DNA of 64,000 nucleotides. It comes from Fimicolochytrium jonesii. Taxonomy: Eukaryota. Positions 1 to 14,276 of this stretch are shown here, piece after piece. Location: contig NW_026515669.1 of the NCBI RefSeq assembly GCF_025526975.1, forward strand, positions 1,984,001 through 2,048,000, written 5' to 3'. The position numbers and the translations under genes are program-made. The notes beneath the pieces were generated by a model. The model did no database searches. It saw only the letters and a program-made list of their open reading frames with translations, and was not told the DNA's origin. Every line of letters starts with the position of its first letter. The stretch's first letter is position 1.

Positions 1-509
1 ATACATAGATACTGCACAACGCACAGACAAATGAGTGAGGGAGTCTGGGTGCTCCTTCCCGGGTCTGCTGTGTGGTGACGATGGAGGTTGGAACTTGGAA
101 CGGGATCGACGGAGGTTGGGAAAGTTCCCTCTATTGGAACAAGGGCTTTCTCAGGCGAAATTCGTGAAGTTCGGCCACGATCTTTGTCATATGCTCCACA
201 TTAGGCGACATTAGGGGCCTTCAGGGTTCGAATATTACATACAGTACAAGCGTCGGCCGGGCGAGGCACGCGCTTTCGCACGCGGGCCCAGCGGCGTCGC
301 TTTTCCCTCACTTTTCCCCACGTTGTTTTCCCGTCCTGCTTTTCCGTTCGCAAAGCTTCAATAATTTACATACGTTTATTTACACCCCACCCATTAACAT
401 TTACACCCAGGCCCATCCCAAGAAAAAAAGGAAGCCATCCCCAAACCTCCATAGGAAAGCTAACACATCCACAGTCCACGCTGCGATAATACGTCACCTC
501 GCACCCCGC

Positions 510-3500
510 CTACATGTAATACATAACCTTCGCCAGATCCGGCTTCACAAGCCCATACGCAGCCGTCATATGCTCCATCCCCACCGTCGTCGGGCTGTAC
601 CGGGCCGACGCCGACTCGCCGGCCACGGAGCCGTGGGCGCTGTTGCTGTTGTGGCTGCTTGTGCCTTCCATCGCGACTTCGCTTGAAGTGGTCGTTGCGG
701 TTGCCGTTGCCGTTGCCGTTGTGGTTGTGGTAGAGGTGGATGTGATGGGAGCAGCAGCCACAACACCCTCCTGAGACCGCACAGGTATACTCCCCTGTCG
801 GACCGTCCTTTCACCCAAAGGCACCGCATTCTCCCCCCCGGGCCCGCCCACACTAACGCTCACAACCGCCGGCGGCGGCAGGTTCAACTCCACCACGCTC
901 GGGGGCACAAAGAACGGATCAGCCCACGAATCGCCCATAAAATGGAACCGGGCGCGCGCGGCGACGAGATGCGCGTAGTAAGCGGGTGGGCAGACGGATA
1001 CGGCGCGCGTGGCCCGACAGTAGAGGTAGCAGAGGCGGTAGGTGAGTTCTTGCAGGCCGTCGGCTGTGAAGTGGTTTTCGTCGAAGAGGACGTGGTAATG
1101 GGTCGGTTTGGAGGTGCCTTGGAGGCCGGGGTGGGAGGCGAGGTAGAAGTCTGCGGTTTTGTAAGGGACAAATTTCAGTAGGAGACTGGTGAGGAACGAC
1201 AGGGACATTGCACATACCAAACTCGGCAGGATGGGTGATTCCCGCCTCGACGACGGTCCCAGGAAGCACATTACCGGACTTATCCGCATCCGCCTTCTTC
1301 AACGGGAAAAACCGTGCATGATGCCGTTTCTGCACAATCACAAACGTAATCGTCGGCCTATACCCCTCTGAATGAAACAAAAGGGTAAGCATCCACATCC
1401 ACCTCCCAAAAAGCTCCCCCACTCCATTACACTACAACGAATCCCTCACATACCTTCCAACATAGAACAAGCCTTAACAAGCGCCGCCACCTCCGTCCTC
1501 GCAATCTCCCCAAACTGCCCCTCACTAACTCCATCCCTATAAAACAGCACCCTCTGCGGCTTACTCCCACAAAACTGATAGAAGGTCCTCAACAACTCCA
1601 CCGCAGCCCCCGTCAAATCCCTAATCCCCTCACTCCTCCCCTTCTGCACGCGGATAGCCGCAGCGTACCGCGAGCACTGGGCGTCCATGGACGCGACGAT
1701 GGCGGCGATGGAGGGTTTGGCGTTGTCCCCCGGTGCGGGGTGGGTGATATCGGCGCCGAAGATAATGGTGGGCTTTTCGGCGACGAAGGGGAGTTGCGCG
1801 TTCCCGAGGTAGCAGTTCATGCCGCCGAGTTTGACGTTGATTTTGAGGCAGAGGTTGGCGCAGTATTGTTTTTTGGCTGCAAAGACGTCTGTAGAATATA
1901 AAGGGGGAAGGAAGTTAGCACATGTGGCCCTGTCTGCCAACAATGCAAGGTTTGGTTTACTCACGCTTGGCCTGCATACACTGCGTCGCAATCCCAATAA
2001 CCGTATCCGCAATCCTTTTAATCTCCGCATAAAGCGGCACCCCCGTATTCGGTAAAATGACCAACACCAGCTGCGGTTTATGATTTGACGTGTTCCCCGC
2101 ATCCATAAACGCGGCTTTCAAAATCGCCTCAATGTTGCCCAACGGGTTCGCGTGCCTGATCGGCGGCTGCAGCTGCCGCACATCCACCCCCGTATCCCGG
2201 CAGGTCGAGATCAGCTCCCGGAGGAATTTCTGTACGTTGTAGACCGAGACCTCGCGCTCCGAGCCAAAGACCACTACCGCCCATGAGTTAAGGGATGCGC
2301 CTTGTGCGACTTTTTTGTCGCGGAGGTTCCAGGAGCCTTCGCGCGGGGCGATGCTGGATTCGCGCGAGGAGGGGTGGTAGGAGAGGGTTGGGGTGGGAAG
2401 GACACGGGCGTTGACGGTGGCCATTTCGCGGCCGATGGTGACGTTGAAATCTTGGAGGTATTCGTTGTCTTGGGTGAGGAGGAGGTTGAAGCCGTTAGAG
2501 ACTTTATTGGAGCGGACGTGGGGGGGTTGGCAGGTGAAGCGGATCATATCGGCCTGCGTGGGAGGGATGTAACATCAGCCCCTTTCTTTTCAAGCCATGG
2601 CAAAACCAAGTCCACGCTCCAAACATAGCTACTCACCGTCTGCTTCTCATTCAATTTCCTCAAAATCCTCTGCCCCGGCACCACCCTACACACCTCCATC
2701 GGCAAATAAATATGTTTCGCCGGATCCCCCACAACCACACACGGAAAATGCTCAAACTGTAATTTCGTCCCATATCGCTCCCTAAAATAATTCGACACGG
2801 TCTCCTCGCGCCCGCCGCTGTCCTCCTTCATCGGGAAGAACGTGCGGCTGCAGGGTGTGGTCGTGATTTTGGCGATCTTCCATCGCCGACGGCTGTTGCC
2901 GCGGTGGGTGGTGATTACTTTGACGTTCTTGAGGCCCTTTTCGAGACGGTAACGGTCGCGTTCGTTGAAGGGTTGGCGGATGTCGTCCGGGCGGGCCCGG
3001 CCGAGGATTTTGGCGACTGTGTCTACCAGGGGGCCTATTATGACCAGAAGAAGGAAAATCGGGTCAGAATCGTGCCGCTATTGGGGATGAGACTGAACGC
3101 CACATCGTTGCAATAACGTACCAGCCTCCAAAAACGCCGTGGCAGAAACATCCAAATTCAACAACATCTTATGCTGGCTCGGCCGAATCGCCTGATGAAA
3201 CCCCTGCCACAGCTCCGCCCCATTCGCAATGCTCGCCGACCCCTCTGGCGTATAAAAGCACCGCCCGACAGTTGTGTACAGCATCGAGGGGCGGTGTCGC
3301 AGGAGAATGTCTAACGCCATGATGGCGTCGGTGGGTGCTTCGTAGGATTTGCCTTCGAGGAAGAGATGCAAGCGGTGCATGTTGATTTCCCCGATTTTGG
3401 AGATGGAGACTTTGAATTTTCGGGGGCCTCTGCCTGGTCGACTACATTTATGAAAGGGAAGGATTGGTGATCAGTGTGGGTTGGTTGATGGATGTGCAGA

Positions 3501-4065
3501 GCGATGGGTGGGTTGATTGATGGATGAAAAACGACATCCTGCTCGCTCCGCTCGCGACAAGGATGTTGGGTTGCGGTGGGCGGAGCGTGCTCGCTTGGCT
3601 CGCAGAAGATCTAACCCGGTGCCCGCTAAGTACTGCGATGAAGGGAACCTTGCGCCTTTGACGCAATATGAAGTCGCTCCGCTCACGCTTCGCTGTCTCT
3701 CGCCGCTCCCTCACTCATACTCACATCGGAACCTGAGGCACCCCCTCCTCCACCTCATCCCCCAACTCCAACGAAAACGACGCGGCATCATCCTTCATCA
3801 ATAACCCCCTCGGCGCAAAGATATACCGCCTCCCATCAAACACCGGCCGTGTATTCTTCAGGATCCCATTCCGATTCAGCTCCTCCCACAACGTGTATAA
3901 TCGCCGGTTGGTCCGCGGGTTGGCTTCGGGCGTGATGGTGACCTCGTAGTGGTGGATGTTTTGCCCGGGGAGTGAGAGCACGGGAAAAAAGTTGGTTCGC
4001 ACTTGCAGTGGGCGGCCAGAGGTGCCGAAGCCGGGGCGGCGGGGGAAGCGGGGGGGTTCGTCCAT
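510..4065 (-). CDS. AGO1: Argonaute (eukaryotic AGO clade; N, PAZ, MID and PIWI domains), multi-exon
   Basis: Exon translations include [88 protein letters not shown] and [13 protein letters not shown], ending VMYYM. The DEDH slicer tetrad appears intact. Confidence 0.97.
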
Positions 4066-5194
4066 TGCGAGCGGCTTTTGGTGGGTAGTGGAAATGCGTG
4101 TGGGGGGGTTCCGCGCGGGGATTGGGTGAGCTTTCGCCTGTACGCCGTTCAGACTGCCCGCACAACCCTTCCCCGCCTCCACTGGATTCGGTAAGTTGGG
4201 TCGTCCCGATACTTGGTGCTCTGTGGGCCCTGCCTCGCTTCGAGTCGGTTATTCTGCTTTGTTGTCAGAGGCGCGGTTTCAAGCTCCAAGGCGAACGAGC
4301 GCAGACGGCAGCAAATGCGGGTACGAGGAGCTTGGAGCGACAGCGAGGGCAGGGGACGGCTGCTTGGATGAAGCGGCGCTGACCAGAAGCAGTGCTCTGT
4401 TGGAGTTCTGTATGTGCTGTAGTTCCTGGGAAACGGGTTGAAGCGTTGTTTATGAGGAGTTGAGCGGCGAGGGCGACTGCGCGCGGCCTTCCTTCCTGCA
4501 CGCGCGTCCCCCCTAAGTGATCCTAGTCATGATGGTCAACGAGGGTTCTGCACACAGGCAACGAACGGCCACCCCAAGTATTATGGTAGGATATGTGCGC
4601 CAGAGGCCGCTCTTCAAAACTGTTTCATTACATCTGTTTTATTTTCTCTTAAAAACAAAGAGATGCCTACTTTAACTTGCTTCAGCTAAGAGGGCCTTCC
4701 TGGAGTCAGTTTGTGAGTCCTGGAGGTGAAATTTCGCGCAGGCCTACATCAGACCTTGTGGATTATTGAGGAAATGGGTATTGCGCTAAAGATGAGGGAC
4801 TTCCATACATGTATTATCGAGAAGTGTGTTGGGGGCGTGCGCTCTTTTCCTGTCCTGCTTGGTAAAAGCCCGCAGTAAGTAATTACTTCGTCCAACAGAC
4901 AAGCTAGCGTTGCTCCCCATACCTGGTTTAGTTATCCCACAAAGGTCTCAGGTCAGTTGGGTGTGTGTGGCCAGATGTCGAGGGTCAAGTCCCTCAGACG
5001 ACTGCGAGGTGCGATCGCGTGTGCTCCGATCCTCCGATTCGCACGAGTCTATTAGAGGCCGCGAAACGTCACCGCTTGGGAAAGGGTTTTTCCCTTCCGC
5101 GATTTCTTCCCCCTTGCGGCCGTATAAAACATCACCTGAAGCTTGGGAGCTGTCCCTCTCGAAAAACCTGCTATCTCGCTTGGTAACCTCCGAC

Positions 5195-6380
5195 ATGACC
5201 AACCAAGCAGTGGCTGTATCACACCTTACCTATGGCTTTGGCGGACCACAGAGCGTCCTGAAGGACCTTTCCTTGGAGTTGCCGCGGGGTTCGCGATGTC
5301 TGCTCGTTGGCGCTAACGGTATGCCCTCCGTTTACTTCTTTGGCTTCAGAGGTGCCAGGCTGACTTCTTCTCTATTGTTATGCAGGTGCGGGCAAGAGTA
5401 CGCTGCTGAGGATTTTGGCCGGGAAACGACTAGTCAACACCGAGGGAGTGCACGTCTTGGGCAAGAACCCCTTCAAGCAAGGGTCGCAGGTGAGTCTGTT
5501 CTGTTGGCATGTTACAAATAAAGACACAGGCTCATCCTTGGACTACCTCGCCGCTGATGACAGGACATCACATACCTAGGGACCGAGTGGGCACAGAACC
5601 CTATTGTTCGTCGGGATGTTCCTGTGTCACGCCTACTGAAGACTTTGGGCGCTGAACGGAATCAGGAGCGCTGCTGTAAGTCGTAATCATTGACGATAAG
5701 GAGGTGGCGAATGAATAATAACCATATCATATCAACAGCACACCTCCTCGAAATCATGGACGTTGATCCCAACTGGCACATGCATGAGATCTCCGACGGA
5801 CAACGCCGCCGCGTCCAGATCGTTCTTGGGTTGATGGACCCATGGGATCTCCTCCTCCTCGACGAAGTGACGGTTGATCTGGACGTCCTCGTCCGCGCCG
5901 ACCTCCTACGCTTCCTCCGCTCCGAAACCGAAACGCGTGGTGCAACCATCCTCTACGCGACGCACATCTTCGACGGGCTTGGCGGCTGGTCAACGCACGT
6001 CGCGCACATTGCTGACGGCGCCGTCGATGTTATCCGGGATCTCACTACGGCGGGAGGATTTCCAGAGTACGATGAGCAAAAGGAGTTGAGGGCGAATGGG
6101 ACTGGCGACGCAGGGTTGTTGGACAACTCGCCGTTACTGCTTGTGGTGGAAAAGTGGTTGAAGAAAGATCAGGAGCGGTGGAAGAAGGAAGGCAAGAAGT
6201 GTCCAGAGGGGAAAGTGATGACAAAGTGGGAGATTCTGAGCGAGAATATGAGGCAGTATGGTGAGTTTGCCCAAGATCATGCTGCGGCATCTCAGTTGCA
6301 CATTTTCTTGAACGTTCCCTGAACGGGTGTTCTCTTTCGCTTCAGCTGACAAGTACTACAACTACTGGACTGACGCTTAA
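5195..6380 (+). CDS. CAF16: Soluble ABC ATPase, CAF16-like (CCR4-NOT associated factor 16)
   Basis: Walker A LLVGANG|AGKST is split by an intron. Signature ISDGQRRRVQ, Walker B LLLDEVTVDLD and H-loop YATHIFDGL are present, with no TM segments. Confidence 0.88.
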
Positions 6381-7012
6381 ACGGAAACCCTGCGCCAATC
6401 CGCTCAATACTTGCAGAAAAGAAAAGGCTTCACCCCTCACTGACGCCGTGTCGCCGTGATGTCGTATTTATCGACCATGTACATCCTCCGTTTGCCCTTG
6501 ATTGTACATCGCATGTATACATTCTTAGACAAGACTGGAGCTGTAGGCTCCATTAGCACATCCACATATGAAAGGGAAGGGGGATCTAATACGTAGGCCT
6601 GGACTTTCGCTGTGATCCTCCCTATATTCCCATGGTGACTCTTCGTCGACCATGAAGATTAGTTGATTCCCCATACATTGAAACGCTTTTGATTGAGATT
6701 TGCAAGCGCGAAACAGTCACTACCTCTGCGCCACCACGTTCATCTGCGGCGTAGAGTTTGTGCGTTCTATATTTTGTAGGTAGCGGATATGCGGATTGTG
6801 TATGTGTGTGGACATGTAGTAGCAACGACCGGCGCAAACTTCATATTCATTCCGCTGGGGAGACTGCACAATCGCGAGAGTGCCGAGACTATGAACAGAT
6901 GACATTGTGGATGTTCGCAAAAAAGGAATAAAAAAAAGGATACACAAAAACGAGCTCAGACGCTCAGACGCTCTTACGACGAGCAGTCGACATGGGGCAG
7001 CAATCCGCATCT

Positions 7013-7693
7013 CTACCTCATCACCTCCCCCTGATGATGCTTCAGCCTCTCCAACACATGCATCAGCCCCTTCGAGCTCCTAATGGTATTATCCTTGAAT
7101 TTGGAGAGCCCAAAGCCCTCGATCCTGGATTTGATGGGTGCCCAGCCGGTGTTTGATATGATGCGGACGTTGGTGCGTAATTGTGTGCAGTTGATGGGAT
7201 CGTCTATGCGGGGTGTGTAGGTTTGGGTTTCTTCGACAAGCATGATCTTCTTGTGGGAAAGGTTGCGGGTTACGGTGGTCATGGTTTGGGTGCGGGGGTC
7301 TACTGTGGAGGTTTCGAGGATGAAGGCGTCGCGGACGTTGAATAGCTAAGAATTTGAAGTCGTTTAGTCTATGAGCCATCCATTCCATATCCGCACGTCC
7401 CAAATACGAACCGAACGGCCCCATTTTGGTATAGCTCCTTTCTTCAAGAACAGTCTCGTGGTACTCATGACACCTAACGAAAACAAAAACCACGCTTCAG
7501 TACGAAAATCCTTTCCCAAAGGCTACCCCACCATTCCCGCCCACATACCGGTCACCGGATCGACCCTTCTCTCAACGACATCGGACGACAGCACGTGGGA
7601 CGCAAACGGGTTTGGGTATTTTTGCCATACGGCCTGGGTAACGTTTGCCCAATTGTGCTGGATGTAGTTGGTGGTTTGGAAGAACTGAGGCAT
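7013..7693 (-). CDS. UPS1: PRELI/MSF1-domain mitochondrial lipid-transfer protein (Ups1-like)
   Basis: Minus strand from the ATG at 7693 reads MPQFFQTTNYIQHNWANVTQAVWQKYPNPFASHVLSSDVV. The last exon has TRNLSHKKIMLVEETQTY and IEGFGLSKFKDNTIRSSKGLMHVLE. Confidence 0.88.
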
Positions 7694-9303
7694 CGTTGCG
7701 AGTCGGAACAGGTATATGTATATTGAGTGTGTTTATATATGTATCGTATGTGGGACGCTGAGGTGGTCGGTGCAGTTTAACGGGGTCAATGGGTAGGTCC
7801 AACTGGCTTTGTCGTATAGGTGGAACACCTGGACCGTTGGACCAAGAACGGTCCTTGTGAAGTCGCAATACTGGCGCTTTGACAGCCGGTCTGGAACTAA
7901 ATGGAAGGCTTTTTCGTCGGCTGGCGTTGGGATGTCGGTCAGGGAGGTGACTATTCAGAATGGCAGGATGGAGGTAGGAGAGGTAGGCTTCGTGGCAGTT
8001 GGAGCAGTTGCCTCTCGTAGCGACTCGTACGCGCATGTACTGTATACACCTCCAGGTAAGTCTTAGGCCGACCCGTGCTGCGCCACCCGTAACTGGACTA
8101 TGTCGCGAAATTGTCTTCCTTACCCACCATTGCCAACATCATGGCCATCTCTGCGACAGACATACACATACAGAACCTCCGCTGGCAATATTAGGGTTCA
8201 GCACCTCCTAGGCTTGAGGTTCACAATAAACAACACTCGATTTGAATCACAGGCTTCTGAGAAATATGGGTGAAAGTGACAGAGGTCCGTACACCCATAC
8301 CATGTCTGCCTTGAGCCAGATCACCTTGCGCAATTATAATTTTTTGTTCCTTGTACTCTAGTTTCTGAGAGCGTAACGCCTCATGATGGTAAGGAAGTTG
8401 TGCGGTGCATGATGGCACTCCTCCCAAAATCTGCAAGGACCTTACAAAACCAGCCGTAACTCGGCCAGTTTGGAACTTTTTTCAGATATTTTTGCTGATT
8501 CTGATAGCCCTGCCAATTCCGCTGAAGTCCCGCACCAACGGCACTCACACGTTGCCCTTGCCTGTCCAGCGGTCTGCATTGAAAACGAGGAAGCTCCTTT
8601 TTTCCTGGAGCGGAAAAGGGCGAGACGCATTATAGTGTCAGTTGCTGTCAAACCACGTGCCTGAGGGGTAAGTCACAATGATCGCGCTTGACCCAATTGA
8701 CAAAACTACTGCACTGCTACTACGTGGGGCTACTACTGCTACTGCTACTATCGTATCATACTCGAGCGCGTGAAGCCGGACACTCTCTAGAGAGTGTCGC
8801 CGGAGCGCCATCGGCGCGACTGCGGGCGAGTATGATACGAGACCTTGGCACGGGTAGTCCATAACAGAAAAGCGTTCTTGAACGGGGAACGAACGGGGGG
8901 AGAGGGAGGAGGGTGTGGTTGCCGCGACTGATGCAGGTGACTTCTTGCACACTCGTGGAGCGTCAGAGGTGATGAGTTAGTGAGTTTCGGTATGGTTTCG
9001 AGGGGTTTGTTTGGTGATGCGGGAAAGCCCAAAAGCAAGGTAGCCTTTGGCTCTGTCGTCGTGCTTTATGCTCCTTGTGCACATACATGTACATACAGTA
9101 CATAGTAGGTACTACGTACCAGGGACACTGCATTATCAAGAATCAGCTAAAGTCGTACAAGACAGGGTTTCCCACGAACGGGGTGGCATCTCAGTAGGGC
9201 TGCGGTGGATGTTATGATTGACGCAGTCATCGGTAGTTGAAAGATGGCCGAAACCTGCGTTGAACCAGATTGCGGCCTCCAGTGCAAGATTCCCCCCCTC
9301 TCT

Positions 9304-11503
9304 CTATTTATGAACAAGCACCCACCTCCCCCGCCTCCCCTCCCCGTGTGTCCTCTCCCACTCCCTTATCCCAAGCGCCCCCACCGAGTCCGTTAAACAC
9401 ACCACAACGGCGAGATTAAACACCAACGTGATCGCATAGAAAAAGTTGGCGTTGCCGCTGCCGGCGTAGATCCACAGGTGGTGGAATAAAGGGCCGAGCA
9501 GGAGGGCGATGAAGAGGGCTGTTGCTGTTATGTAGAGGTGGCGCATGTCTGTGGGGGTTGTAATGAGTAAGTGGGGGCTGTGATGGGGAAGGGGGAAGGG
9601 TGGCGGAACGACAGACACACATTTATGAACCTCCCGATGCATGCTAAAGAAGGCGAGGAAGAGGGCCGTGTCGCCTACAGTCGGGTACGATTTGAAAACG
9701 GCCATGATGCCGGTGTACACGTATGCGATGAAGAGGGGGTGGTCCCTACAGAAATCCAAATTCCATTTATCAATACGAGGAGATAAATAGAGGAGGATGT
9801 GGAAGTGATAGCACCAACCTGAGAACAAGCCCAATGGGGATAACGAACGCAAACGCCATGATCTGAAACACGCACAGGAAGAATGTGCGGAACGAGTCAA
9901 ACATCTCGGTGAAGAAGTACCAGAAGAGGCCGATGTTGGGTGTTAGGTCTGGGACGAAGAGACTAACAAAAGAAATCATAGAGGCATAAGTGAGCGGAAA
10001 GTAAGGTGAGAGGTGGGGAGAGGGGGAGAGGGGGGAATTTGGCACGTACATGACCCCGTAAGTAGCGTTGAGAAAGTCCCACGTGCCGACGAGCAGGTAC
10101 GACAGGCCTAGTAGGGCGCTGGTGTAGAGGACGAGGAGGGGTACTGTTGTCTTTAGTTCTCTCTTGATCTACAAGACCATCCAAATTCCAAGTCAGCTCA
10201 ATCACCATAAACACGTAACATGCATGTCCAAACACAGCATACAGTACCGCCTTCGTCTTGGCCCCCACCAAAAGCAACGTCACGGGCACAACCATCATGA
10301 CCGGATACAGCCCCAAATACGCGGCGACGGCCACGCCCGCCACCGCCGTCTTCCTGTTCCCTTCAATCGCCTGCCGCAGCGCGACCACAATCGCCAAGAA
10401 CATGAATAACAGTGTCGACTGCGACAGGCATGTGATCACGCTGAGCGGGTTAAGGAGGTACATGGATCCGACGTCGGTGGGGTTTATGAGCACGTCGACG
10501 GGTTTGGTGGGGTCACTGCTGCTGCTGCTGCCGGGTTTCAGGCTTTGTTTGCGGGCCCCTATCGCGCTCCTCGGTGCCCCCTCGGTTGTTTCCGACAACA
10601 CATGCCAGGGCGGGACGATGGTGAGCGGGTTTTGCTGGCGCGACGGTTTCAAACTATTCTTCCGCGCTCGCGTTCTGGACAGCTCGGCTTCGCTGGTCGC
10701 TAGCGTATCGGCTTTATGCACCCGCCTGTTCGCGGACGACGAGCGGCGCCGTTTGGGCATGTCTGATGATGTCGGCGTCATGGGCGCTGCTCGCAGATCC
10801 TCGGCCATACTGTCCGCCCATCTGCTCCCTCTCCGATTCGCAGATGACGACCGCCGCCGTTGCCGCGCGTGCGTCTGCGTCTCACCCCCATGCAGCCCCG
10901 ATCGCAACTCATCCACCACATCCGTTTCCTCCTCTACGCCCTCGGGTATCCCCCCCGGCTCTACCACCTTCGTACTCGGTTCCGGCCAGTGTTCCATCAA
11001 CTGCAGATTGCGCTTATGTGCCGCGATGGCCACGAGGCAGCGGGCGATCGCGTAGTCGAGGGATATGAAGAGTATGGGGACGAGGATGGGCGGGAGGTAG
11101 GTGAACACGGGGAGGAGGAGCGGGGCCTGATGGAAGACGCCGCCTTCGTACGGGGGGATGCCATGTTGGTAAAGATACAGTCCTTCCTTGACTAAAGAAC
11201 ATAGAGCGAGTCAGAAACACCGACCGTAAGCCTTCCTTTCACAGTTCTCTCAACACAAACGTACATACATCGCTTCCACCCATTCACAGGCGTAGTAGTC
11301 TCCACCCTCTCCTGAAAAAACCCGCTTGCGCCGACATAAAAGAACAGTACGATCCGGACGAGGACGCCAACCCATAGCGGGATATGTACAACGGGGTCCT
11401 GCGAGGGGTCTTGAGCGGCGCTGTCATAGACGGGGCTGGTGGGGGAGACGGCCAGGGAGGGCACCGGGGGTCGGGTAGGTGTTGCTGGTGATTCGGCGGG
11501 CAT
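9304..11503 (-). CDS. GAB1: GPI transamidase subunit PIG-U/Gab1/Cdc91
   Basis: RVETTTPVNGWKR, YLLNPLSV, PDLTPNIGLFWYFFTEMFDSFRTFF, FKSYPTVGD and HLWIYAGSGNANFFYAITL are present, with multiple hydrophobic segments. Confidence 0.93.
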
Positions 11504-11979
11504 TGTGGGTGAAGGGTGATGAGGAGGGGAGTAAGGCGGATATGGCGCGCGCGTGCTGCTGTTCGTTGCACTGGTGATACGGCCTTTGTCGAAGCTGTAC
11601 GTATCGAGTGACTGTGCGTTGGGAAACCAAACCAAAGCCAATCCCGAAGATGACCGCCCGAAGTCAGGGTGGTGTAGAGGCTACCAGAGAGGCTACATAG
11701 GAAATTGCAACCGGAAGTGAGCACGTAGGCGCGCGTACGCCAGAACCCTAACCCCACAAATCGCAAAACTCGCGCCCCAGCATCATTTCTCCAAGTTGTA
11801 TATATGTGGATGTGAACGTAGTACACTAACTGCCGCTTTGGAGACCGTATCATTTTTTTCCATTGTACCTACTGTATATACCGCAATGCATGTCCTACGC
11901 TACGACGAAATTCTACACTCTCAGAGTCACAGTCGCGTCTGGATATTTGTCACAGCGTATCTTTTGCAACCCCCTCAGA

Positions 11980-13700
<1,721 letters not shown>

Positions 13701-14276
13701 AGTGAGGTTGTTATTTGGTAAATAGGATATGCCCGAAAATACAGTGATGATATGTCGAGGGACGTTAGATCAACTGAGGGTTATAAGCCAAATTGCATTT
13801 GCAGAAAGCCCGTGGGAAACGTGCAAGTTTGTGAGTTTTGGCCTTTTTGGCTGGTCACAGGCGGCCGGGAGGAATCGGAGGCGCGTGGCATTGAATACGT
13901 AGTATACGCGCTGTCAATCCTGTCAGAGGCAGTCATCGAGCTTCTCCGCTCTCTCCGCATTTTTTTCTCCACAGTTTTTGTGTCCTTGGCGCCAAGTATA
14001 GTAGGGAGACTCGCAAGCAAGCTGCGTCTCACACGAAGCTGGACAGAGAACACACAGCTACGTTTAGCCGCAGAAGGAACTGGCACAGAAATCAAGGGTA
14101 AAGGAGGAAGAGCAGAGACAAGCAGAGTAGCTGCGTGTCCAAGAGCAATTAGCGGAAATACGTCAGATAGGACAAGGCAGTATCCTCAGGTCAGTCAGAG
14201 TCCACTCAACCGGGCTATTCGCGAACAGAGGTACTCGTCTCACCCATTTGCCTTTACAGGAACTGAAAAATCAACA

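Noticed and set aside
7750..9250. Possible gene or pseudogene fragments between UPS1 and PIG-U
   Set aside because: Only short ORFs with no recognisable motif are present, and I could not build a coherent exon chain.
13752..14276. 175-codon N-terminal extension of the ubiquitin-fusion ORF
   Set aside because: The translation is not recognisably protein-like, it spans the divergent MDH promoter, and it contains a probable 5' UTR intron (~14190-14259). The ATG at 14277 (CAACAATG) is the more plausible start.
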